This document shows positions 38,308 through 49,489 of a DNA stretch of 64,000 nt, one piece after another (positions within the stretch are counted from its first letter, which is position 1; every line of letters starts with the position of its first letter). A program made the translations under genes and the position numbers. The DNA is from Candidatus Eremiobacteria bacterium (GTDB lineage: Bacteria > Vulcanimicrobiota > Vulcanimicrobiia > Vulcanimicrobiales > Vulcanimicrobiaceae), in assembly GCA_963737065.1 (NCBI GenBank), contig CAVTRC010000001.1, forward strand, positions 2,080,001 to 2,144,000, read 5' to 3'. Under the pieces are notes generated by a model. That model was not told the DNA's origin. It saw only the letters and a program-made list of their open reading frames with translations, and searched no databases.

Positions 38308-41300
38308 ACTTCGACCGGCGCGGGCGGGTGGAGCGCGCTTTCCGGTCCGGTACGGTGCGCGCCGCGCGAGAAGCCGCCCATCCGCGGCTCGATCACCTTC
38401 GCGACCCACAGATAGAGCGTCGGAACGACGATGAGCGAGAGCATCGTCGAGCACAGCAGTCCGCCGATCACCACCGTTCCGAGCGGCGCTTGCGTTTGAC
38501 TTCCGGCTTCGATACCGAGCGCGATCGGCATCATCCCGCCGACCGACGCAAACGTCGTCATGAGAATCGGCCGTAACCGCAGCGGTGCCGCGTGAAGCAC
38601 CGCATCGCGCGGCGAGTAGCCGCGCTCGCGTAATTGATTCGTGAATTCCACCACGAGGATCGCGTTCTTCACCACGATACCGACGAGCATCAATACGCCG
38701 ATGAAGGCGGTCAGCCCGAAGGCACGCTGCGTGATTACGAGCGAGAGGACGATACCGGCGAGTGAAAGCGGTACGGAGCACATAATGACGAGCGGATGCA
38801 GCAGCGACTCGAATTGCGCCGCGAGCAGCATGTAGATAAGCGCGATCGCAAGTATCACGATCAATCCGAGGCTGCCGAAGGTGTCGCTCTGCTGCGTTAC
38901 CGACTGTCCAAACTGCCAGTAGTATCCCGGCGGAAGCGTTACGCCGTTCATGATCTTCGTTGCATTTGCGACCGCTTGACCGAGCGGAATACCGTTGAGA
39001 CCGGCATCGATTTCGATCTCTCGCTGCTTGTCTTGACGCGTGATCTCCGATGGACCGCTCCCGAACGTAATCTTCGCCAGTTCGCCGAGCGGCATCACCG
39101 GCAGCGTCGCTAACGCACCATCGGTTTGCCCCGCACTTTGAGTGAGCGCCGTGGCCGAAGGCGTAGTATTTGCGCCGATCGGTACGTTGAGCTGCTCGAT
39201 CGCCTGCAGCGAACGCCGTTCATCGGGCGGTAGCTGCACGATGATCGGATACTGCGTGCCGTTCATCTGCATGTAGGACGCAATCGATCCGGCGGTCGCC
39301 GTGTCGATCACATTTGAAATGACGGACGTCGACAGACCAAGTTGTGCTGCCTTAGAACGATCGACCGCGATGTCGACTTCCGGTTGCGAATTCGTAATGT
39401 TCGTATTTGGAGCTTGAATGCCGGGAATTTGGCTCAGCTTCGGAATAACGGCATTCCACGCGGTGTTGTAGAGCGTGTTGATGTCGGGGCCGTAGATCTG
39501 CAGCGACAATGCGTCTTGTCCGCGTGAGATCGTTCCTTGGACGATGTCGACGGTTCGGCCGAATACGAGTAAGCCGGGAATCGGCGCACCGAACCGTTGA
39601 CGCAGTTTCGCGATTTGATCCGGCGTGAGCGTTGGTCCGCCGCGCCGCCCCATGGACCGTCCGGTCAGCGCAGCTTGCCATTGCGCGACGAATCGGGCCG
39701 CTTCGCTGCTGCTCACGTTATCCTTGAGCGTCACCGAAAGATTTGCTTGATTCGTGACCTGCACGCCTCGGCCGGAATAGCCCGGCCGTGCCGACTTGCG
39801 AGCCGACGTTGAGTATGCGCGGATCCTTCAACATGCGCTGCTCGATGTCGTTCGCAATGCGGTTCATCACGCTAATCGCGGTTCCGGTCGGCGCCTGAAT
39901 ATTGAATCGCGCATAGCGTGAGTTCGATGGCGGGAACATTTCGGTTTGAACCGCGCCGAACTTGAGGGCGACGAGCGTTGCACCGAGCACGATCGCCGCA
40001 ATTGCGGTGACGAGCCCGGGCCGATCCACAGCGGCGCCCAGCACCTTCTTGTACCACGCCGCGAACCGTTCGTACGTCCGGTCGAAGGCGGCGCTGAACC
40101 GGGCGTAGGGGCCGCTCCGCGTATGACCGTTCGTTGAAACAGCATGCGCCGCACCGTTGCCGGACACGCCGTTCGATGAAGCAGGCTCGACGGTGTATTT
40201 GTTCTTCACGAGCACCGAGGCGAGCATCGGTACGGTGGTGACGGCGACGACGAACGAAAGCGCGACGGCACCCATTACCATAACGGCAAACGGCGCGAAG
40301 ATCAGGCCCTGAAGTCCCGGAATAAGGACGAGAGGAACGAACACCGTCACAACCGTCACCGACGACGCAAGGACGGCCGTGAAAATTTCCGTCGTTGCGG
40401 ATTCCGCGGCATTGCGCGGATTCTGACCCAGCGCCATATGGCGGTAGATGTTTTCGATAACGACGATGCCGTCGTCGACGATTAAGCCGACCGCCAGGGC
40501 GAGGCCTCCGAGGGTCATGATATTGAGCGAATAGCCGGCGATATAGCCGACGAACAATGCGCCGAAGACCGAGATCGGCAGTGCGATCGCGACGATGAGC
40601 GTCGTGCGCCATGAATGTAAGAAGAGCAGAATGATGAAAATCGCGAGAACCGCGCCGTAGATTGCCGTGTGCTCTAAGGCCTTGATCGACTCTTCGATGA
40701 AGCCTTGCTGGTCGAAGACGAGATCGATCTTCATCCCCGGATAGCGCGATTCTATTTCTTTGACTTTCTTCTCGACGCCGACCGCAGCCGAGACGATGTT
40801 CGCGTTCGGCTGCGCGTTGACGATGAGGCCGAGCGCCGGTTTACCATCGAGGCGCTGGAAGCTGCGCTGTTCGCTAATCGAGTCGCTAACTTTTGCGACG
40901 TCGCCGATACGGATCGGCGAGCCGTTGCGCGTCGCGACGACCAATCGCGAGACTTCTTGCGCGGATTGCAGCAGCGCGTTGCTGCGCACTTGGTATTCGT
41001 TTGGACCGACTTGCACGATACCGGCGGGAAGATTGAGGTTTTCCTGCGCGACTCGCGACGAGATTTGCGCGAGCGTCAAGCCGTTGGCCGCGAGCAGGTT
41101 CGAGTTCGGCTCGATCATGATCGCACGCTGTTGGTCGTTGTTCACGCTTGCTGCCGCGACACCGTCGACCGACGCGAATTCGTCGGCGAGCGTATTCGTA
41201 AAGAGGTCGCCGAGATCGCGCAACGTCATGTTCGGATCGGTCACGTAGAACCGGACGATCGGGAAGGCGTTCGAGTCGAACTTCGAGATTTGCGGCGTTT

Positions 41301-41676
41301 GTAGATTCGGATCGTTCGGCAACTGATCGCGAATGCTATCGACTTGCTGCTGCACGTCGACGGCTGCCGTATCGATATTCGTTCCGTAGTAAAACTGCGC
41401 CGAGACTTGTGTCTGCCCTTCGGACGAGCTGGACTGGATGAGCTGGATGCCGTTCACACGGCTGACCGCGTTTTCGATCGGGCGCGTCACGAGCGCTTCC
41501 ATTTGCTCGGGCCCGACGTTCGGGTACGTCACGCTGACGTTAACGACCGGGTAGGTGAAATTCGGCAGCAGCGCCACCGGCAAGCGAGGAAGCGCAAAAA
41601 CGCCGAGCACCACGATCGCCAACGCGATCATCGATACGGCGATTCGACGGGAGACGGCGAATCGTGCGATGGGCAT
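38304..41676 (-). CDS. AcrB/AcrD/AcrF-family RND efflux permease, one frameshift near 39765-39780
   Basis: LPVALLP, NIMTLGGLALAVGLIVDDGIVVIENI in the first ORF. AAQFES, GIVVKNAILVVEF, RLRPILMT in the second. Confidence 0.92.
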
Positions 41677-41702
41677 GCTAGTTCCGATTAGACCGCGCAG
41701 GC

Positions 41703-41732
41703 TTGAAAAGCGGCTGAGCCTTAGTGTAAAAT
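41703..41732 (+). promoter_or_regulatory. Sigma70-type promoter of rpsF-ssb
   Basis: TTGAAA-N18-TAAAAT. Confidence 0.5.
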
Positions 41733-41837
41733 CCCGAAGGCCTTTCGTCTATGACGTCGGGCTACCAGCTGCCCATCGCACGCGGCGATGGGCCACCAGC
41801 CTGGCGCAGGCCGGTGTCCGCAGATTGGATACGAGAA

Positions 41838-42176
41838 GTGAACGACTACGAAGTGACTTATATTCTCCGGCCGAATCTCGAAGAGGCCGACGTCGATGCG
41901 CGTTCGAGCGCGATCGGCGAGATCATCAAAGGGCAACGTGGCGAAGTCGTCGCTATCGAGAAGCTCGGCAAGAAGCGCCTTGCGTACGAGATCAACGACC
42001 TTCGCGAAGGAAACTACGTCGTGATGCAGTTCCGCAGCACGGGCGATACATCGAAAGAACTCGAGCGCCAGCTCAAGCTCCACGAAGACGTCCTGCGTGC
42101 GCTCGTGATCCACCTCGATAAACACGCGCTTGCGGCCATGGCCCAAGCTGCGCAGGCCGTCCCCGTCCAAGCCTAA
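41838..42176 (+). CDS. rpsF: 30S ribosomal protein S6
   Basis: GTG start. YEVTYILRP, GKKRLAYEI, ELERQLKLHEDVLR. Confidence 0.95.
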   Translation: MNDYEVTYILRPNLEEADVDARSSAIGEIIKGQRGEVVAIEKLGKKRLAYEINDLREGNYVVMQFRSTGDTSKELERQLKLHEDVLRALVIHLDKHALAAMAQAAQAVPVQA

Positions 42177-42276
42177 AATTTCACAAAGTCACGTACGGGC
42201 CGTGCCGCACAGTTGGCACAGGCCCGTATTAGCATTCAGTGCATTAGCTTAGCGACATTGCGAAAGAGAGTTTTAC

Positions 42277-42714
42277 ATGGCAGGTTCATACAATCGAATC
42301 ATTCTGGTCGGCAACCTCACGCGCGACCCCGAGATCCGCTACACGCAATCCGGCAAAGCCGTAACGAAGTTCACGCTCGCCGTCAACAACCCGCGCAACA
42401 AAGAAGAGACCACATTCGTCGACATCGTCGCGTGGGACCGTCTTGGTGAAACCTGCAACACCTACTTAAAGAAAGGCTCGAACACGCTCGTCGAGGGGCG
42501 GCTCGTCATCCGAAACTACGACGACAAAGACGGCAACAAGCGCAAAGCCACGGAAGTCGTCATCGACAACATGCAAATGCTCGGCGCGCGTCAAGGCGGC
42601 GCGGACGACTGTCGGCGGCGGAGGCGGCGGCTTCGCCGGCGCACGCAGCGGCGCTCGAACGGCTCGTCAAACGACGCATTCGGCGACGAATTGGACGACG
42701 AAATCCCGTTCTGA
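42277..42714 (+). CDS. ssb: Single-stranded DNA-binding protein
   Basis: NRIILVGNLTRDPEIRYT, YLKKG..VEGRL, acidic tip DDEIPF. Confidence 0.96.
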   Translation: MAGSYNRIILVGNLTRDPEIRYTQSGKAVTKFTLAVNNPRNKEETTFVDIVAWDRLGETCNTYLKKGSNTLVEGRLVIRNYDDKDGNKRKATEVVIDNMQMLGARQGGADDCRRRRRRLRRRTQRRSNGSSNDAFGDELDDEIPF

Positions 42715-42805
42715 CGCTGTCTCGTCCTAACTCACGAAGAAACGCGAGTTAGTTGCAGATGTCTCTAAAAGTCCAAATGCCTTCGAGGCATCAGTACATA
42801 CAGCG

Positions 42806-42835
42806 AAAAACGCCCCGTATTTACGGGGCATTTTT
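42806..42835. terminator. Intrinsic (possibly bidirectional) terminator after ssb
   Basis: AAAAA-C-GCCCCGT-ATTT-ACGGGGC-A-TTTTT. Confidence 0.7.
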
Positions 42836-43495
42836 CTTGCGCTGCGCCGATCGATTTTGCGAAATAGCTGATGCCACCGAGGACGGACATTTGGACGTAA
42901 CTCAGCCGCTCTCACGGCAGTATTTGCACCTAACTCGGTGAAAATGAAAAAGGCCGAACTCTGCCCCGCGTTTTGATTGGTGCCCATCGACTACGCGATC
43001 GACGACTTGGCGTAGAGACTACGCGGAATGAGCGGTTCTTCGGGCGGCGGAAACGCCCCGGCACGAGATAATCAATCATCGTGACCGTCTCTTCTTCGAG
43101 GGTGACGGTCGCGCGAAGGTTGAGGTAGATGAACTTCGCGAGCGCATGGCGTGTTTCACTTTTTCGCGCCGTTTCTTTTCCGGTTCGATGACGTGAATTT
43201 CACCGCGCTGCAGTTGTTCGGCGAAGATGTATTTGCACGGGCGCACGTTGGACGCAACGCCTCCGGCACGCAACCGAGGCCGCTCCTCGGATGACAAACT
43301 GCGCAGTACGCGGAACGTAGATCGGTAGCCGTCCCTTTTGCGGGGCCGGCGCGTTACCCTATTGTCTTCGGGATGTCGGACGCCCCGGCGAATTAGCTGG
43401 GCTCCGGCTCGATGTTGTAATTTGTGAGAACAGCCACCGGTTCGACCGATAGCTATCTCCAAAATTGCCAACCCAGGAAGGCTGACCGCTTCGTC

Positions 43496-44486
43496 GTGGC
43501 AATCAAAAAGTGCGGATCCCTACTCTTCGCTGTGGGCCAGTTGCGATGAACTTCGCGGCGGCATGGACGCGAGTCAGTACAAGGATTACGTCGCTCGTTC
43601 TGCTTTTCATTAAGTATGTCAGCGAAAAGTACGCGGGCAAGAAGTACCCGGTAGATTAGGTCCGGCGGGCGTCATTATTCAACGACATGTGACCCTCAAG
43701 GGCCAACCTGACATCGGCGACCAAATCAATAAGAAAATCATCACGCCGCTCGCCGCAGCCAATGGTCTGGCGAATATGCCGGACTTCAACGACGAGTTGA
43801 AGTTGGGCAGCGGCAAAGACAAGATCGATCGTCTCACCAACCTTATCGCGATTTTCCAAAGCCCCGCCCTCGACTTTTCGAGCAACCGCGCCGACGGCGA
43901 CGACCTCCTGGGCGATGCCTACGAGTACCTCATGCGGCATTTCGCGACTGAGAGCGGCAAGAGCAAAGGCCAGTTCTACACGCCGTCGGAGGTCAGCCAG
44001 ATCATGGCTAAACTCGTCGGCATCCGCCAAGCGAACACGAACGCGCAAACCACGATTTATGACCCGACGTGTGGTTCGGGTTCTTTGCTCCTGAAGATCG
44101 CCGACGAAGCCAAGAGCGACGTCAGCATCTACGGTCAAGAGAAGGATGCAGCAACGAGCGGCCTCGCTCGCATGAACATGATTTTGCACCGGCAGCCGAC
44201 GGCTGAAATCGTGCAGGGCAACACGCTTGCGAAGCCGAGTTCAAAGACGGCGAGCGCCTCAAGACTTTTGACTCGTCGTTGCCAATCCGCCTCTTCCGAC
44301 ACGCGCTAGAGCAACGGCGTCGATACGCAGAATGACCCCTACGAACGCTTTTCAACTTTCGGTGTTCCGCCGGATAAGCAAGGTGATTTCGCCTACCTCC
44401 TCCACATCGTCGCGTCACTGAAGAGTACCGGGACCGGGGCGTGCATTTTGCCGCACGGCGTATTGTTTCGCGGCAACTCGGAAGCG
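43496..44486 (+). pseudogene. hsdM: Type I restriction-modification methyltransferase, frameshifted and 3' truncated
   Basis: LWASCDELRGGMDASQYKDY, GQFYTPSEV, YDPTCGSGSLL, (V)ANPP, ILPHGVLFRG across several frames. No hsdS or hsdR follows. Confidence 0.88.
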
Positions 44487-44890
44487 TGCGATCGGCAACG
44501 ACATGACGCGCAGCGCCTATGCCGGCCTTGGCGACGTCTTCGACTCTTGCGGGTGGACCCGCACGGATTCAGGCGCGCTACGCGCGGGATGGGGCGAGCT
44601 AAGCGTTCGGCATCAATCGTTTGCACGAGACGGCGCAACGACCAGCATAATTGGGGTTCCGCATTTCAGTCACTTCGAGACGCGCGATCCGGCAACAATC
44701 AAGTGGATTGCCGACCAACTTCCCTTAAGGCGCTGAGTTAGGCCCAAATATCGCATTTCAAAGTGAGTTAGGCCAAAATACCGTGAGAAAACGAGTCAAC
44801 GCCGTTCTAGGACCGCAAGTAAAATCGTGAACTGCACTTAGAGCCGCTTCGAGCCGATTTCGCGAATACAAATCAGTCAGAATTAAGACG

Positions 44891-44933
44891 GAAAGGGTCG
44901 AGATTCTTCTGTGGCCCTTTCTTTTATTTTTTT
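44891..44933 (+). terminator. Intrinsic terminator
   Basis: GAAAGGGTC...GGCCCTTTC stem followed by TTTTATTTTTTT. Confidence 0.65.
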
Positions 44934-45437
44934 GACTCGTGCCGGTTAACGCTATCAAGTCCCATCTGCCAATCGATTCACTGCTCTTTCGGCCGGCGTC
45001 GCGGTGGATCGATACCTCGCAACCATACGACACTCAAGCAACAGCCCGGCGAAATCTCCATCAAGCCACGCGCAATCCAGATCGATCGAACGTGAGTCGA
45101 GCGCCATTGCGGCAGTACGGAGGTCAACCGACGCAAACGAGATGCGGCCTCTACGATTGCTGAGGTCGCAACCATTTGCGTCCCTCAGGGTTCATGCGCT
45201 TTGCGTCAGGCACGACTTCGTGCGACGCTGCGGCCCTCTACAGCGCCATGTTCCGAATGGCCGATAAGTCGTGCGACCACAGATCGGTCGACCGCTATCA
45301 AGCGGGCGCAAAGCACCCGCGATGAAATCGTTCCGGCCTATTAGCGAAGGCATCACAGTGTTTCGACGTTTATGCGTTCCAAGTACTGGCGAGTCCGATG
45401 ACCACAAAAAGAACAGAGAGAGTTAGGAGACTCGTTC

Positions 45438-45753
45438 ATGTACAGAGATGAAAATTTAAATTGCGTCGATTGCGGACGCTCGTTCCCGTTCACGGTAAGC
45501 GAACAGGAATTTTTCGCGAGCAAGGGATTCACGAATAAACCAAGCCGCTGCGGCGATTGTCGCGCCGCACGTAAAGCATCGGGAGACGGGCGCAGCGGCG
45601 GCAACCGGGGCGGCGGTTACAGCGGGCAGCGCGAAATGTTCAAAGCGACGTGCAGCTCAGTGCGGCGGCGTAGCAGAGGTTCCGTTTCAACCGCGCGGTG
45701 ATAAGCCTGTGTACTGTCGCGACTGCTTTTCGGCTCGTCCGAGCTACCGCTAA
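45438..45753 (+). CDS. Zinc-ribbon / CxxC-x17-CxxC domain protein, one frameshift near 45657
   Basis: CVDCG..FTVSEQEFF..KGF..P.RCGDCR, then ATC(S)QCG..EVPFQPRGDKPVYCRDCF. Confidence 0.88.
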
Positions 45754-45756
45754 CCG

Positions 45757-46599
45757 GTGAACGGTAGAACTCGCGCTTGGATCAACCGCGTTGGTCTGAG
45801 CGCGATCCATATTGGTGCGCTCGCTGCGTTTCTACCGGCCATGTTCCATTGGACCGCAATTCTGGCTGCCGCGAGTGTTGATGTACTTCACCGGTGGCGC
45901 TTGGCATTACGTTGTGCTACCATCGCGCGTTAACGCACCGTGGATTGCGCCTGCGGAAGTCGTTGGAATACGTTCTGGCGATTTTCGGTGCACTGGCGTT
46001 GCAAGGCGATCCAATTCGTTGGGTCGCGACGCATCGCAAGCATCATGCGCATTCGGATGAACAGGGTGATCCGCACGGACGTAACGTCGGCTTTCGTTGG
46101 GCGCACATGCGCTGGCTCTACAAGCAGAACGATGCGATGCCGACGGAAGAAGAATTGCAGAGGTTCGCGCCGGACCTTTACGCACAGCCCTTTTATCGAG
46201 CGTTGCGATACGTTCACGGACCCGTTGCAGTTGGCACTTGCTGTCCTGCTGTTCGCATTCGGTGGATGGTCATGGGTTATCTGGGGCGTTTTCGTTCGAT
46301 TGGTCGTGAGCTATCATGCGACATGGCTGGTCAACAGCGCGGCACACTCATCGGGCTATCGCACGTATCGGACGCAGGATTTGTCGACCAACTGCTGGTG
46401 GGTCGCGCTCATCTCATGGGGTGAGGGATGGCACAACAATCACCACGCGTTTCCCTATTCGGCGCGCCACGGGCTTCGCTGGTTTGAGATCGATCCCACG
46501 TGGTGGAGCGTCAAAATTTTAGCGCTGCTGCGGCTTGCGGACCGCATAAAGCTTCCCCCTGCGAAGCCTTTTCAGCAACGCACCAGCGCTAGGCTATAG
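45757..46599 (+). CDS. Delta-9 type fatty acid desaturase, several frameshifts
   Basis: His boxes HRALTH, HRKHH and GEGWHNNHH are spread over different frames. Confidence 0.88.
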
Positions 46600-46614
46600 C
46601 TCGGCGGGCAAGTA

Positions 46615-48207
46615 ATGCGCGTGCTCGTTACTGGAGCGACGGGGTACATCGGCGGCCGGCTTGTCCCGCGCTTGCGTAAGCGCGGTTATGAGGTGCGTTG
46701 CTTTGCGCGCGCCGCGGAACGTTTGCGCGGTCGCTTTGATGACGGTGTCGAAATTGTTGAAGGCGACGTCAAAGATGAAGCATCGCTTGTCCGCGCTCTG
46801 CGCGGATGCGACGCCGCGTATTACCTGATCCACTCGATGGGCTCTACAAATGCGTTTGCCGCCGCCGATCGGGAAGCGGCACGCCGCTTCGCCGAGGCCG
46901 CACGCGCCGCAGGAGTTGCTACGATCATCTATCTTGGCAGGCCTCGGCAATGATCGTGATGCGCTCTCAACGCATCTCCGAAGCCGTCACGAAGTCGGCG
47001 ACGTGTTGCGTGCAAGTGGTGTTCGAGTCATCGAGTTTCGTGCCGCGCTCATCATCGGCAGCGGTTCGATCAGCTTCGAGATGATGCGTTATCTTACCGA
47101 ACGGCTTCCGGTGATGATTGCACCTAAATGGGTCGCTACTTGCTGCCAGCCGATCGGGATCAACGACGTACTCGCATACCTCATCGCCTCGCTCGAACTC
47201 GAGCGCGCACGAGAATCGAATCTACGAAATCGGCGGAAGCGATGTGCTGACCTATCGCGATATGATGCTGCGCTATGCCGCAATTCGGATCTGAAGCGCG
47301 AATCATCATCGTTCCATTTTTTACGCCGCAACTTTCGTCGTACTGGGTGCATCTCGTTACGCCGATTTCGGCCCGGCTTGCCCAACCGCTGATCCGCGGC
47401 TTGTACAAGAAGTCGTCGTGCATGATTCTGCGGCCGCTTCCAGATTTTCCGCAGATCGTCCCGAGTGGATTTGACGACGCCGTGAAAAAGGCGTTGGAAC
47501 GCGGGACGGGCGCCGAGACGGCCTGGTTCGATGCATTCGATCTCCACGCGCTCCCGACCGATTTTGCCGGCGTCAAAGAAGGAATGCTGATCGACATGCG
47601 CGTCCGGAACGCAGCTGCTTCAGCTGACCGTGTTGCGGCGGTATTTAGCTCGCTTGGCGGTCGCCGCGGATGGCTTTCTGCGGATGCATTGTGGCGTTTT
47701 CGCGGATGGCTTGACCGCATGGCGGGCGGCGTTGGATTGCATCGTGGCCGGCGCTCGCCAATCGAACTGCGTGCCGGCGATGCGCTTGACTTCTGGCGAG
47801 TCGAAGCATATCAGCCGGGGCGGTTGCTGCGATTACGTGCCGAGATGAAGTTGCCGGGCCGCGCGTGGTTACAGTTTGAAGCTGAACCGCGCGGAAGTGC
47901 GGCTGCAACGCTTCGTCAAACGGCGTTCTTCGAGCCGCGCGGACTTGTCGGTTTTCTCTATTGGTACGGTGTCGCGCTCTTTCACCAATGGGTGTTCGGA
48001 AGGATGGCGACGTGCATCGCACGCGAGGCGGAAAAGACTGCACGAGACGCAGCCGGCCCTGCGCCGCCTACGGGATTCGTATCGACGCTTCAGCCGAAAA
48101 GCGAAACGCTTGCAAGAAGCGCAATCGGTTGTTGTATTCCTCTAGCCTGGTCCTTTGGCTTATCACTCGGTACTGTATTAAATATGATGCAGCGTCTGAG
48201 GACGTAA
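46615..48207 (+). CDS. YbjT-like NAD(P)-binding oxidoreductase with DUF2867 domain, several frameshifts
   Basis: VLVTGATGYIG, HLRSRHEVG, GSGSISFEM, DFWRVE..LRLRAEMKLPGRAWLQF. Confidence 0.85.
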
Positions 48208-48324
48208 GTCTCCGAACCCAGTCGTTCGGATCGCGCTTGTTTACGCGCGTGGCGGTCGTTGCTGCGACTCACTTGTTCGTCGCATACGAAACATCGTGGG
48301 GCGAGTCGCTTGTTTGGAACATGA

Positions 48325-48900
48325 CGCGCTGAAGTTCTAGTGCAGCATGTATCGGCAGCCGTCGGGCTTAGATATGGCGAGACCGCGCTCCCGAACTTCA
48401 TCGTCTATGTGCTGATTCCGGGAAGCCTTCTGCTCTTCGCGCTCGGAGCAAAACCGATAGAATGAGGCCTTACGGCGTGGCGAAGGGGCAGTTGGTACGC
48501 TCTATTAGGCGCATCTGTTTTGCCGGCGATTTTCATCGGCATTTGGTTCGCGAAAGGCCACGGGACGATCGGCCTTCTCGTCTTTATGCTTGTACGGAAT
48601 TTCTTGAGCAATGGCTTCAGCGAAGAGTTCTTGACACGTGGCATGGCAATGAGCCACCTAAGAGCCTTTTTTACGAAGGATTGGAGCGTTGTGCTTCAGG
48701 CCTTCCTATTCGGGTTTTTGCATTTAGGAGGGACCATCACTGAGAAGCATGGGAATTTGATTTTGGCCTTTGCCAACGTGATCGCGCTAAATTTGCCTAC
48801 CGGATTCTTTTTGGGCCTCATCGCGCTTCGAGCACGTAGCATTGTTCTGCCCGGCCTAATCCACATGACGTTGGACACGCTAAAAGACGTGGTTATATAG
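48325..48900 (+). pseudogene. CPBP (CAAX/Abi) intramembrane protease pseudogene
   Basis: SEEFLTRG, FGFLH, LIH motifs. In-frame TGA at 48463 and no intact 5' end. Confidence 0.7.
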
Positions 48901-49276
48901 CCGCTATATCGCCCTTCGCCCAGCTGCGTCGAAGGCCGTTGCTTTGCTTAAAGTCCCATGACACCGAAGCGCATACAAGATATCGAGCTATACTGAAGAC
49001 GAACCCACCGGCAATCTCGCCAAGTCTATTGGCCTGCGAACGATGGAGGCCCTCATACAATTCACCGAAACTGCCAGCAGCGCGTTAAAGTCCAAACTGC
49101 ATGCTAGAGTCGGCACGTTGTTGGCTGTCACTCGACCGGCGCAGACTAAGCGCGTACCTCGCGATCGCTATCACCGAGGGCACGCGACGCGATAACGCGA
49201 GGAGGGAAAACACGCATTATGCCGGGACCCTCAACAGGTCAGGTCTCAACTCCCTTCGCTATTAAGAAGCAATGCA

Positions 49277-49489
49277 ATGGAAAGAAGCCGCCGAAACCGC
49301 ATGAGAATCAACGCCTCTAACGACGAACGGCGACGGCGCTCATTGATCATGGCGCTGCAACGCAGTAGAGCGACTGGACTCTTCTGCGTGCGAGATTCGA
49401 AGCAACAGCGAACCTTGGACCGACCAACGCCCCCAGTCCGTGGCCGAGGCGATCGCCCTGTCGGACGAAATCGAAGCCTCCATCCGTGA
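49277..49489 (+). CDS. Small basic hypothetical protein
   Basis: 70-aa ORF abutting the nucleotidyltransferase start. Confidence 0.35.
   Translation: MERSRRNRMRINASNDERRRRSLIMALQRSRATGLFCVRDSKQQRTLDRPTPPVRGRGDRPVGRNRSLHP

Larger units (their letters stand above)
42715..44783. mobile_element. Repeat-bounded remnant element carrying a broken hsdM
   Basis: Six copies of a ~19-20 bp YGAGTTAGG..CAAAT motif, four at the left end and two at the right, mostly inverted relative to each other. No transposase or integrase present. Confidence 0.4.

Noticed and set aside
42605..42660. Novel poly-Arg insert in SSB
   Set aside because: The shifted frame reads GGGGGGFAGARSG, the normal Gly-rich linker. 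Compensating indels explain it better.
43076..43471. 131-aa minus-strand ORF inside the remnant element
   Set aside because: No recognisable domain or clear translation signals, so it cannot be supported as a gene.
42928..44773. ACCTAAC and GTTAGGC as integron attC core sites
   Set aside because: They are about 1.8 kb apart, not within one short hairpin. The local palindrome has the opposite polarity and no intI is present.
44734..44800. 30-bp period repeats as a CRISPR array
   Set aside because: Only two good copies with about 10-nt spacers, and no cas genes.
45420..45431. GAGTTAGGAGAC as a seventh repeat copy or right end
   Set aside because: It coincides with the Shine-Dalgarno of the zinc-ribbon gene, and the rest of the motif is missing.
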